Source of the DNA: Camelus ferus
Lineage: Eukaryota
NCBI RefSeq assembly: GCF_009834535.1
Contig: NC_045707.1
Location: 64,482,001-64,546,000 of the forward strand
DNA: 64,000 nucleotides
Reading direction: 5' to 3'
Of this stretch, positions 1 to 12,170 are shown in pieces (the stretch's first letter is position 1; the number at the start of each line of letters is the position of its first letter). The position numbers and the translations under genes were made by a program. Below the pieces are notes generated by a model that was not told where the DNA came from, ran no database searches, and saw only the letters and a program-made list of their open reading frames with translations.

Positions 1-240
1 GGTGGGCAGGGCTAGTTATTGTCATGGCTGGCTGCTGATGTCAACCCATGGTGGGTGAGGCAGGGACCTGGGTTGGCTGGCTGAGGGGCCCATGGTGTCC
101 CAGAGCTGGTGTCCACCAGTTAGTGGGAGGGGCCAGGGTGCAAGGGGTCCCACAGCTGGTGCCAGCCTGCTAGTGGGTGAGCTGAGTCCTAGTGTGGCTG
201 GCTGCAGAGCTCTGGAAGTCCTGGAGCTGGTGTCGACCTT
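1..240 (-). mobile_element. GC-rich degenerate tandem-repeat segment resembling an L1 5' region fragment (truncated by window start)
   Basis: Recurring units gagctggtgtc / ggctggctgc / gtgggtgag, typical of reverse-strand laurasiatherian L1 5' repeat arrays. Confidence 0.5.
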
Positions 241-319
241 CTATTTTTAGACCAAATATGTCACTAATAATAGTAATTACAACAATCATTTATCTGAAAT
301 CCCTCTGTGTTAAAGCATA

Positions 320-660
320 ATAGTGTGCATATGATGTAATGGGGAAAAATTATCAATTACAGAATCAGACCAACCTGTATTTGAATACTAGATTCATTAC
401 TTAGGCTTTGTTCAAATCACTTTAATTTCCCTATCAACTTTTTTTGTGTATATATATATAAATTTTTTTTATTGAACTATAGTTATTTTACAATGTTGTG
501 TCAATTTCTGGTGTACAGCATAATGCTTCAATTTCCCCATTAAGTAAGAGATTGATGGGGAAATTGGAGATAATAAAAGATGATGATAATCTCTGCTGTC
601 TAAGTGCTGGTGAAGGGTGAAATGAGACTGGTATCTGTAAAGTTGCTAGCGCAGAGTAAG
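320..660 (+). mobile_element. MIR SINE, interrupted by a short L1 3' end
   Basis: Degenerate MIR motifs: agaatcagac...tttgaatacta, aaatcactttaat, tgaaatgaga...tgtaaagt. Confidence 0.5.
463..528 (-). mobile_element. Very short L1 3' end (camelid/artiodactyl type)
   Basis: T-run plus attgaactatagttattttacaatgttgtgtcaatttctggtgtacagcataat. Degenerate TSD aatttccctatcaa / aatttccccattaa. Confidence 0.75.
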
Positions 661-3600
661 ACATTTTGGAGGAAATAGTGGAACCTTTAGAGGAACTTTA
701 TCATGAAAATACCTTGTGAACATGTATTTTTTAAAAGGAAGAAAGAAAGAAAAAAAAATCCTTCATGCAACCCACCTTGTCTATAACCCATAGAGTTCTC
801 ATACTATAGTTTTGCTAAATGACTTTGAAAAATAAAATCCCCATGAATTTCGATTCTAGTAAGCTGTCGAAACAGCAAGCACCTGGGGTATCTCTTGGGA
901 AGGCACAGGCTGCTACAGTAGAGCTGGGATCAGCAGTGTCTCTAGAAATAGTACCAGGCAGTTGCCTCCAGGTGACTAAATGAGGCTTCTTCTCAGCACA
1001 CGAGCTTAGAAAGCTTTATGATTAGTCCGACTTGCTACGGTGAGGAAATAGCACAAAGAAGAATACAAATGGAAGTCAAACTCATCACAACACCCACCCA
1101 GTTCCTAAACAGGTAAGAGAATCGTGGCATTAGCGGCATTAGGTTAAGAGGGTAAATATTGAGATTTATGCCTGCATCTGTTCATGTGTGCATATATGAG
1201 TCAGCAGAGAATCTTTGTGATATTTAGGGAAATAGCCTCAACATTTGAAATGGAAATAAAATGCTGTGCAATTACTCAATATCTCTGAATAGTAAAGCCT
1301 TGCCATCGTGAGAAGTTTCTCGTAAAATTTGTATCCTTCCTAAAGAGAATGGAATTACAAATACGCCCACTCAGACAGAACTGAAAATTTCCATAAAAGA
1401 TATTGAGTGGAGCACCTATTTTCTTGGGTTTGTTTGGTGTAGTTCCCATACTGACACTGGGAGAAAGAAGCCCCTTTGGTTTACGATAACTAGAAAAGGA
1501 AAAGGAGGGGTTACAGTGGGCGGCGTCATTAGATCTAGACTTTTTTTTTATCATATAACATCTTGGGGGCCCTGCCTTTGCGTGCAGGCTTCACTAAAAG
1601 ACTAGTCAGTATCTTCCATTGTAATCGGATGTGGGGGACCGGATGAATGGAAGTTGGTGACAAGAGACATGCCCTGTCTAATTCCCAGCTGGGGACCTCA
1701 GCTTTGTTGTTTTCTACCGGTAAACCAAGAACCTTATTATTAAAGCTGGGCCATCCTCATATGACTCTCATGAAAAATTATGTATGAATTCATTAGTTAA
1801 TCTGTACAAAAAGTGCTATCCTTGGGTGAAAAGCCTCACTTATTTCACGTAAGTTTATTTCAAAAAATATGTATTGAGTTCCTACTGTGTTCTCGGCATT
1901 GTATGAAGTTCTGGGTGTACAAGGATTAAAAATAAGAATTCAGAGTTTTTAAAAATAGTCTAGTGCTTCTAGAGTTGATCCAAAGTTATGGATTATTCTA
2001 ATTTTATCTATGGTCCATAATGATGAATGACAGTGTCAAAAAAACAGTGCCTCTGCTGTTTCCATCCATATTAATAATAAAATTGGATTAATTTCCTGTC
2101 TGATTCAATGTTGCAGAAAACAATCATCAAGATGACCCAAATATACCATTTGATTCAAGAAGTCAGTCTCCATTTGCCACAAAATATAGCACTGTCAGAT
2201 TTTTTTAAAAGAATGCCTCTAATGTGAAATATGAGGAGATAATAATGCCAAATGATGGCTTGGCAATCATTTCAAAGCAGGGTTTAGGGTTTAGCAGCAA
2301 GATTTTAAACTAAAGAGAAATCAAAGTTTTTAGTGATTTTCTTTTAATGCCTACCTAAGGAGGACTAACCTTTTAAATCTGTCATTTAATAGAAATTAAA
2401 GCCTTAAAGATGTGGCTTCTTAATTTTATGTACCAAAATATCTTCCTCTATAGCTTCCACAGCCTCAAATTTATCTTTTAAATTTCTGGCGTGAATTATT
2501 CAGTTGATAATTGATGCCGGATTGTGTTGTACGAAATTAGCCATTTCTATATTTAGATGTAACAAGTAAGAATAAAATATGTATCGTTTCCTTTGTCTTT
2601 CTGATCAATCTATGCACTTCTATCTAACAATCTAATAATTAGATCAGAGATACAGCAATCCCAATAAATACTATGACCCCAATCATGCCAAAAGAAAAAA
2701 AAAGAGTATTACTGGGAAGATTGAGAAGTAATAACAAGATGAAATTGGCACAGTCATGCTGTGCATTAAAGTTATGCTGCAGACAGCATCACTCAGAATC
2801 TTTATTTTCTAGAAATGAGATGATTCTCGGGGTGCTAATCACTAAAATAACACATTGCGGAAAATTATGTGCTTATTATTTTGCCATCTCCTTCTGCAGA
2901 TGGAAAAAAAACCCCACAAGAACATTGACTAAAACTTATTCCACGTTCTCTCTTTATTCATTTTTAGTTATGCAGAAAATTGTTAATTCCCACTGTGACA
3001 GAAAAATCAAGATTACCGAAATAAAATGAAAGGATACTAAATCACAGAGTTTTTATTTACATCCCCCAAAACACATGCCAATAAACCTCATTTGATTTTG
3101 CCATGTTTCTTGGAAAAATTGGGTAGTTCACCAGGAGAGTGAAAAGCAGAATCCTGTTACAGTCATTGAAGTGAAACATAAAATATTTCATGGAGAGAAT
3201 GGAAATAAAAGTAAATTTATCATGTTCTCCCGTGGATGTTAGACTCCAAACCATCCTTTTGATCAGACTGATGTTTCAGAGCACGTGTGGTCTCCCTGCT
3301 GCCTCACAGCTCAAGCTGTTGATTGAATTAAGCACAAAAAAAGAAAAAGGGAACCTATCCCCCTGCTTTACCCGCATCTGGGATGAAGCACCTGGTGGCC
3401 TGTGAGGGTTGATAATTTCTTCATTTTTTAAAGTAATTTTTGCTTGGTGGCTTGAGACAATATCACTTTCTGACAGCGAAGCAAAGTGCTGGAGGAGCTG
3501 AAGGATTACTATTTTTGACTTGGACCTCTATGATCAAGCATCCCTAAATGCCACTTAGAAGTCAGCTTGGTCTCAGTTCTTACTGGACCCAGCAGTCAGG

Positions 3601-5139
3601 TAGCTCCTCCGTCCTTTCATAGAAGCTGTGCGAGTGGAGTGGTCACGGCTGTGAGGCTTGGAACTGTGTCGTCACTGACGGGGCTGGAGTGTGGAAACCT
3701 GGATTTGTCTGACCTCGTTTTTTTCAGGCAGCCTTCGCCTGAGCCTTGGGCTTTTGTCCACAGAGTTTCTGCCTGGCCTCGATTCCAGCCATTTTCCACT
3801 CAGGCTTTTGGGTACTGTGTTCTGCCTCCAGCATGAGAGATGCTGCAGGGAAGAGAGGGGGAGTAGCAGCTCAGGGGAGGCTGAAAGCAAACACAGGAAT
3901 AAGAATAATAACATTCAGTGCAAGATGGAAAACATAATTAGGGGAGATGAATGTGGAAATTTCTGTTGCCTTGAACGTATAATAATGAGACTTGAAAACT
4001 CTGCTAAAAGCTAATAACTTGCTATTACATTTGCTTACTGTACTCAGGATAATATGTTTGTGGATAAATCGTGATTTTTCTCCTGTCTGCAAAGAACTTT
4101 GCATTAAACCTCTATTTTCTTCTAGCTCATCCATAGATACTGTTTGTAACTTTCATTCAAATATTCTTATAAGTGGACACAGAATCACAAAGTATTGGAA
4201 TGATAGTATCATAAAAGTACATAAAGTATTATTTTATAATTTATAGGTGCCTTATCTCCTCCATTGTATTTGTACTTGGAAAAGTCAGGACCATCACCAT
4301 TTCATGATTTTTAAAAATAGCTCATTTTAAGGATGGGGGTTTACTTCAAATTATATAGAATTTAAAGTTTTCAGAACAATGTATGAAAGTTCTTAACTTA
4401 ATTGCTAAATTATAGGAGTCTTTAAAGGCAAAAGAAAAGATTTTTTTTTCCCCCACAATAATGTTATTAGGGGATGTGAAAGGGAACACTAATTAAGTGG
4501 TAACATTAAAATAGAAAAGAGAGGTAAATGAAAAACTAGGTTATAAAAAGCTTTTCGAATGAGTAGAATAAGGTCTTCTCACTAAACTTGACTCTGTTTC
4601 AATATTAATATTTAATTTGTAGTAGGAGAGAGAAAAAGAAAAGGGTGATGAATATGAATTGAATTCTGTATCTACAGGGCATCTTCCATACAATTCGGGA
4701 TCTGGGTTCAATGTTCACACAGCCATAGTTAGAAAGGGTGGTGTGAGGCATCAATGGAAGCAGAGAGTCTGAAATCAAAGAACTCTTCTTAAAATGTGCT
4801 ATTTTAACCTTAAACCTCCGATATATATATATATATTCTTCCAAAAATTAGATCGCATTAGCAAAAGTCAGATTGTTTTGACCATTGCTTTCTCCTCTGA
4901 CCTAGATTTCCTAATTGACTTTTGGCTAAAGCCCCTTGATAAGTATAACAATCAGTAAATGTGAGCCCTGGAAATCCCATCAGGCCACTTCTTAGTGTAT
5001 TAATAGTATTGCTGTTCCAGGAAATAAGACCTTCATTTAATCAACAGAGTTGCTACTCAGTTCCCTCTTGTACTGAATATCCAGAGGAGCAGGTCGTTTA
5101 ACTGTTTTTAACATTGATGTGTAGTGCGTCCCTATCTGT

Positions 5140-5365
5140 AAGCAAAGTTTACAGAGCACTTTTTATCTGTCAGTTTCAACTGCTTTATGTCTGATAACGT
5201 ATATGATCCTCAAAAAGCCCTGAGAAGGGGATACAGTTATCACCTCCATTTGATAGATAAAGAAACTGAGGCTCAGGGAGAGTTAATAATTTGACCAAGG
5301 ACACTCAGCCCAGGATTAAATCCAAGTCTTTCCTACCCCCAACCCGTACTTTTAACTGTTACATT
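5140..5365 (-). mobile_element. MIR SINE
   Basis: Core ccatttgatagataaagaaactgaggctcagggagagttaataatttgaccaagg. Confidence 0.8.
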
Positions 5366-7289
5366 ATACGTGGCGAAGTTTTATCTGGTATTTGCTTACA
5401 TACCTGCAGCTTCCAAACACACAGTTATTTCAAGTCATGTCCAGTCTCTCTAGCTATTGGTAAACAGAGGAGGCAAAAGCTTTTAAATGTGTGAGCCCCT
5501 AATTCAAGAAGCTCCTGAATGTCTCCCTTGGTCACAAGATCTTTCCTTTCTAAGCGAGAAATGTCGATGCTTTTCTCACTCACTACCAAGATTCCCTGAG
5601 CTCCTTCAGGAATCATTTGAATTGATTTAGCTGGTCAGTTGCTTTAGCATCTCGTAACTGCCACAGAGCCAAGGATGTAAGCAGCCCATGCAGCTGGCGT
5701 TGCAATTGTTTTCAAAATGTCTCGAAACAATTACTCTGACCAAAACTAGTATCATCATTTCATATGTTAAAATGGTGAGCTCATCACAGTGTAAGGATCT
5801 TAAAAAAGAAAGATTAAGTCCCCTGACGTACTATTGCTTTAGGATAAAGATCAAAGTTCTTACCACCTGGGGGAAAAAGATTTTTCTATCTATTTACCAT
5901 CCTATTTTTCTCCTTAGTTCTCGGCAAAAGTTGGACCTGGCGTTCTGCCTGTTTTTTCAGTATACAGTCACTCCTTAACCCCCTAAAAGTCTCAACATAC
6001 ACTAATAACACCCTAATTTTAGTTCATGGATATCAAATTGTACTAACCCTTAGAAACTCATTAAATGACCCTTTGGGACAGAAGAAAGTCTGAGGAATTG
6101 CACATCATGCACCCAGATTTCCACACAATGACCCTGCACTTGCAAAGACGTTCCAACGAGGACTCCATTGGCTTTCCAGTGGACAGTGGACCCCATTTTG
6201 AGAATCCCTACTTGACGGCCATCAATTATTTCTCATCAACCAACCCAGCAGCCTTTTTTTCTTGGTCTGTGTGTTTTCTTAACCTTCAGCAGCACATAGC
6301 AGCAATGACAAACCTCTCTCACAAACTCTACCCCGGACCCCACAACCCCCTATGCCTGATTTCCCTCTGACCTTTCTACCGCTGCAGATAGCCGTGCTGA
6401 CATCAAGGCCAACCGACAAGAAAACGTTTTAGAGCCTTCTCTCCTTCCGGGGATCTGGGCGGCAGGGGGCAGTGTGATGTCTGACCCTGTGGTGCCATGC
6501 GTTGGTGTTTGAGGGGGACAGAGAAATAGCATCCTTCTTCTCCTGCCTGAGAAAGACAGAGGAGGCAGCCCTGTGGAGATGAATATATGTCTATAACCTT
6601 ACTGCTGATGGCGCTGCTGGAGATGTCACTTAGGACCATGACAGCACACTTCTGTGACTGCCCCTCCTGCTTAGGCAAATTTACCCACCAGTCACAGGCA
6701 CACTGGCCAACGGTGGCCTCACCTGAAAGGACACAGCCTTTACAATGTGCTTTACCGCTTGCAAAAAGAAGGCTAGATTATTGGTCCTTACCGGCAAGCA
6801 GATCCCGAAAGGAAAGCCCAGAGCTACCCATGCCCCAATATCTCCTTCCAGATGCACCAACTATACAAGTCACGCCCGCTCCCCTGGGGCGACTGAGGAG
6901 GGGACGAATCCTGGAATATTCCTGTGTTTCAGCTGCCACCACTTGGAATAAAACAGCAGGGTTGGGGAAGAAGTGTTTCCCCCTAACAGTATGGAAATAG
7001 AAAAGCCATAGAAATGTGATACCTCTATTACCACATTAAAATGGATAAATATTTGTATGATTACATGTTAGATATATATTGGTATATCTAACATATATAT
7101 GTGTATTATATTCTATTAGCTAGGTATCAGGAAAAAACTAAAACTAAAAACACCACAGTCTTTTTTTCAGGGCGATGGGATAAACTGTTACGAATAATTA
7201 TTTATTTCTTTTTCCTAATTCTTTGTATTTCCTAAATCTTCTATCATGAGCATGTTTAATTGTTATAATTAGAAAGATACATTTTCTTT

Positions 7290-7576
7290 TTAACTCACAG
7301 ATATAGAAAACAAATTTATGGTTACCAGTGGGGGTAGGCAGGCATGGAGAGATAAATTGGGAGTTTGGGATTTGCAGATACTAACTACTATATAGAAAAT
7401 AGATAAACAATCAGGTTCTGTTTTACAGCTGTTGAATACAACTGTATTCAATATCTTGAAATAGCCTATAATGAAAAAGAAAATGAAAAGAAATATATAT
7501 AACTGAATCACTATACTGTACACCAAAGATTAACACAACATTGTAAACTGATCATTCTTCGATAAAAAAAAAAAAA
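7290..7576 (+). mobile_element. L1 3' UTR fragment with poly(A) tail
   Basis: actcacagatatagaaaacaaatttatggttacc...gataaattgggagtttgggatttgcagatactaactac...cattgtaaactg followed by an A-run. Confidence 0.9.
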
Positions 7577-7949
7577 TTTTAAGAAAGATAAACTTTAAAA
7601 TTCTCAAATTAGTCACAAGAAATAAAATTAAATTAAAATTCTCAGATTAGTCACTGTATGTTTGAGGGCTATTTATAACCAATACAGCACACAACCCAGG
7701 AAACTCATCTTGATTTTGCCTGTTAGAAGCTAGTTTCAAAACGTTAAACTGATATTTAGTCGAAGTATCAGAGATACATTAATTACAAACCAAATATAAT
7801 GATAATTGTGTAAAATCAGTTCTTGTGTGTTTTGAGTGGTTAGGCATTTCAGGTGAACTACTTAACCAAATACAACCTCCTCAAGAGATAATTTGGGTTT
7901 TGTAACCCTTTCTACCCCAACCGTGGAACTCAGATTCTTCCCATTATAA

Positions 7950-8179
7950 TTTTTGATCCTTGAACAACGAACACGGGGGTTAGGTGAGCCGACCCCGCGT
8001 GCAGTGGTGAACCGACCCCGCGTGCAGTGGTGAACCTGAGTATAACTTTGCAGCTGGCCCTCCACATCTGAGGGTCTGCATCCTTGGATTCCACCAATCC
8101 TTGGATTGTGTAGTTCTGTAGTATTTCAGTGAAAGAAATCTGTGGATAAGTGGGCCCATGTTGTTCAAGGGTCAAATGT
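7950..8179 (-). mobile_element. MER8/Tigger2-family non-autonomous DNA transposon
   Basis: Terminal inverted repeats ttgatccttgaacaac ... gttgttcaagggtcaa. Internal ctgtggataagtgggccc. Confidence 0.8.
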
Positions 8180-8219
8180 AGTAACTACACAGTGTTGAGG
8201 GTGATGACTGATGTATGCT

Positions 8220-8730
8220 TTCATTTCACTAAGATTTATTAAATACCTACCAAGTGTCAGGCACTCTTCCAGGCCCTGGGGATATAGCAGAGAACAAGAC
8301 TGACCAGGTCCCACAACAGCAGAGCCCACATTTTAATAAAAGGGAGATAGACAATAAACAAAAAATAAACAAGAAGCTGTCAGATAGTGATAAACGCTAT
8401 GAGGAAAATACAGCGGGGTGCTGTGACAAGGAACGGCCAGGCTGGGAAGGCCTCCCTGAGGAGATGGCATTTAAACTGAGAGTGTGAGGTCAGAAGGAGC
8501 CACCATACAGTGAGGGTGAACCACTCTCCAGTGGGCAGGCAGATGCCAAGGCCCTGAGGTAGAAATGAGCACAGCTTGTCTGAGGAACTGGAGAAGGAAC
8601 GGAGTGGCTTGACAGAGAGATATGAGGTGAGGTTCAGAAGGAACAGGAGCCAGATGAAGTAGGGCCTTGTAAGCCATGGAATTGAATTAACTCTAAATAT
8701 AATAGAAAGTCATTAGAGGATTTTGAGAGG
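8220..8730 (-). mobile_element. L2 LINE 3' fragment
   Basis: ttcatttcactaagatttattaaatacctaccaagtgtcaggcact...gagatggcatttaaactgag...agggccttgtaagccatgg. Confidence 0.85.
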
Positions 8731-8989
8731 GAAAGAGAAGCTGAACTCCTTGGGGAAAAAAAAAAGATTTTAAAATGGATAGAGAAGACCGAGAAACTAT
8801 GAATGAAAGTCTTGTCTGAAACAGTTAAGAGAGAGCATATCTTGTCTAGTGTATCACAAAAAGTTTGCCCGCAGAACTCAGAAGATGATTTTTAAAAAAA
8901 CACACATATTAAAGAATCGAAATCACATTAGAAACAAAAGAATTAGATCAGATTCTACTGAAAACATATAAGGACATAGAGCAGGCCCG

Positions 8990-9660
8990 AGAAAAATTCA
9001 ATTGAATAAAGAGTATACAAGTGGTAAGAGAAAATAAGTACATAAAATAAAGCAGTTAAAGAGAAAGAATATAAAATTACACAGTTAGTGTCTTTAAAGA
9101 TGAGTCCAGAACATTTAGTAGAAAAAAAATCATCCAGATGTATAATAGGAGAAAATATTTCTGAAATAAGGAGTCTAGGATATGTAGACCTCATGGAGCA
9201 TACTGTTTTGCAGGAAGTATCAACCCAAGGAAATATCTTGGTGAAGTTTTTTTTAACTTTAAAGATAAAGTCTCCTGTGAGATTGCAGGCAGAAAAAGCA
9301 AGTTTTCTACAAGACAGGCTAGCCTCAGGCCAAGGTATTTTTCATAGCAACTTTCAATGCCAGAAGGCATTGGAATAACAGCAGAGTTTAAAGGCAAAAA
9401 TAAAAATAAAGATTGAATCAAGACTTCAATATTCAGCCAACTTGTCATGTATTATTAAAGGCACCGTAAGTACATTCTCAGACACATGACACCTCAGGAA
9501 ATATAGCACTCGTGAACCCTGCTTGAAAGAAACTATTTGATAATGAAATCCAGCTAAATAAGAGATATGTCAAAATAAAGAGTTCAGGAACGGTGACACC
9601 CTTCTAAGAGAGAGCTGGTCACGATCATGACTGCTTGACTATGCAGCTAACACGACAGAA
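8990..9660 (+). mobile_element. Old degraded L1 (L1M-type ORF1 region) fragment
   Basis: ggagaaaatatttctgaaataa and aatattcagccaacttgtcat-type ORF1 remnants. A-rich, no intact frame. Confidence 0.5.
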
Positions 9661-9689
9661 CTTTAAAAATTATACTTCAGAATATCTTC

Positions 9690-10078
9690 ACCAGGGTAAA
9701 TAGTGCTAACACAACCCCGATGTTTTAGTGACTTGATGCAGTGAAAGTTAAACTCGTGTCACTGTTTATTAATGAGAAGTGTTGGGCGAGGCCTCTGCTT
9801 CCTACAGTCATTCGGACCTCAGGCATCTTCCTTTGTGTGGCTCCACCATTTTTAATACAGTTTTAGGGTCACCCTGGAACCATTCAGCTTGTAGACAGAG
9901 GGAAGAGAGAAAGAGAGGGTAGAGGAGACATCTTCATTCTTGACTGCCTCAGACTGAAAATATCACTTTACTTCCAGTTACATTAATTGGTGAGAACTAT
10001 TACATGGCTCCACCAAGATATAAATGGGGCGAGGTTCCAGGAGGAGGCAATAGGTTTGGCGAGTAGTCTCTATTACAG
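9690..10078. mobile_element. MLT1-type (ERVL-MaLR) solo LTR, old
   Basis: aacacaacccc...ttagtgacttgatgcagtgaaagtt and attggtgagaactattacatggctccacc resemble MLT1J/K. Confidence 0.5.
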
Positions 10079-10084
10079 AGAGTA

Positions 10085-10290
10085 TAATACAAAAATTGTA
10101 AAACATAATAATATAATAATATTAAATATTATTAAATATAATATTTATAATATATTGTATTATGTGCAATATTATATATTATATATAATATATATTATAT
10201 TATGTATTACATATTATATGTTAATACTTTATATTATAATATAAATATAATATTAAATAATAATATAAAGATAATATAATTATAAAACTG
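10085..10290. repeat. AT-rich low-complexity (TA/TAA) tract
   Basis: Nearly all A/T. Gives rise to the spurious ORF 9987..10244. Confidence 0.9.
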
Positions 10291-10659
10291 GAAGATGATC
10301 ATGAGAAATGGTGGAAAGAGATGTGTATTTTCTCATTTTTCATAGCAGCAGTTAATACTTCCTGATGTTTATAAATTAAGAAAAAAAGACTTGAATATAT
10401 TATCATGTATTATTTAATATTATAAATATAGACACTGGAAGAAAAAAGAAAAATATAGAACCAAAAAAAAAAAAAGACCAGACCACTTAGCAAAAGACAG
10501 AAAACTGAGGAAGTATAAAAGCAAATTTTAAAAAGATAGCATAAAATAAAGTAACAAAACACATTTAGATCTGTTAAAATTATAAAAGTCAGCAGGATAA
10601 ACTAAACTATTAAAAGTAAGAAATTACTAGATGAGAATCAAAATATGATATTTGATGAC

Positions 10660-10967
10660 GGTATGTATTGTAAATACAGAAATAGATCTCAGATATATTA
10701 AGTGAAAAAAGCAAATTGTGGAACAATATATGTGGTTCCATCCTATTTGTATTTAAAAATAATAAACATGATGTGTAACATATATGTATTATTTTTACAT
10801 ACTATATGCATAGAAGATATTTGGAAGAATACACAAGAAATAGCAATGATGTTTCTGAAGATTGGAATGAAAGGTTAGGAGAGGACATGCGTACTTTCAC
10901 GTTTCACTGTATCTCTTTCTATACCTTAAATTTTATTGTGATAAGTACGAGTTTTTAATCATAAAAG
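10660..10967 (+). mobile_element. Old L1ME-type 3' end
   Basis: atctcagatatattaagtgaaaaaagcaaattgtggaacaatatatgtg...ggaagaatacacaagaaa. Confidence 0.65.
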
Positions 10968-11261
10968 TTTTTTTTTTCTTTTCAGTTTTATCAGGTAGAA
11001 TTATTGTAGTTTGACTGCACATATACATTATGCTGTATACTACACTTTTTTTTAGTTTACATCTATGTACTGATCATTGTTTCTAAGAACAGATTAGAGC
11101 TTTAGCTTTTGAAACTTACATAATTATCAAAGGGATAAAGCCAACCACAAAATAAGAATCAACAGAATACAATAATCCAATCGTAAAGGACAGTCAAATG
11201 TGCTTATACATATTCAAGAAATCAGTCATCTAAGTTATAAGTAATAAATAGTTCATTTGTA
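10968..11261 (-). mobile_element. Unassigned polyadenylated retroposed element, copy 1
   Basis: Left T-run (poly(A) on the - strand). Degenerate TSD tttttaatcataaaag / tttttattataaaaa. Colinear with 19485-19814. Confidence 0.8.
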
Positions 11262-11369
11262 TTTTTATTATAAAAATTTAAACAAAGATAACTAAATTCC
11301 AACATAGAATACTCTTGGAGAGCTGAAAGATACAAGCAAAGGAAGGGGAAAGAGGAGTCATGGAAATCT

Positions 11370-12170
11370 GACAGAATGGTCTTTGAGCTGAGTCCCCAGG
11401 GAGAAGGAAGAAAGCCTAGCCAAGATCCCCGTATGTACTGATCCAGTGCAAAAAGGGCACGGCATGTTGAGGACACCTTGAGTACAGCTGGAGTATAATG
11501 TACATGGTGGACAGGGCTGGGACGTCACACTGGGAGGGCAGGGCAACTGCAGTGAACCAAGGACTTAGGACCTTTCATGAAAAAATGAGATTTCCTCAAA
11601 GTGTTTTAAGCAGAATTGTGACTTGATTGAGCTGGCATGTTGCGCAGATCCCTATGGTGTTTATATGAGGAATGAATTAGAGACGATAGGAGATTGGCAG
11701 CCCATGAAGATTCTATTCACACAGCCCAGATAGACATGATAGTGGTCTGAATGGAGATGGTAGAAATACAGATGAAGCAAAGATGGACTCAACATTCAAA
11801 GGATACTTAGAAGCTGGAATAGACAGAACTTGATCTCAGTGGATGTCATGAAGAGGGGGGCGGATAAAAGATAAGGTAAAAGAGTTGAGTCAATATGATT
11901 TCCAAATACGGTACTTCATTCTGCTATATGAAATATATAACTAGAAGTAAATTTGGTTGTGCATGAGGAGAGGGGAAAAGGTAAGTTCAATCTGGATGAT
12001 ACTGAGTTTGAAGTGTAAGTGGAACAGGCAGGTAGAGGGGAGTAGGTGGAGGACTCAGAGGAAGATGGAAACCTGAAATACGGAAATAAAAATCGTTAGT
12101 ATGTAAGTAATAGTTGAAGACGGCACAGAGCCTCATAAGAAGGGATTGGGTGATGGTATAAAATGCCTCT
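11370..12170 (-). mobile_element. L2 LINE fragment
   Basis: gtgttttaagcagaattgtgacttgat...ggaatagacagaacttgat...gttcaatctggatgatactgagtttgaagtg. Confidence 0.7.

Noticed and set aside
6587..7000. 137-aa ORF with a hydrophobic, signal-peptide-like start
   Set aside because: No recognisable homology and no similarity to PTPRR. A chance intronic ORF is the simpler explanation, although I cannot exclude it without expression data.
9987..10244. Tyr/Ile-rich hydrophobic ORF
   Set aside because: Translation of an AT-rich low-complexity tract.
10968..11261. Local segmental duplication explaining the 10968/19485 pair
   Set aside because: Homology ends sharply at the poly(A) tail and at the shared 5' end, flanks are unrelated, and copy 1 has its own TSD.
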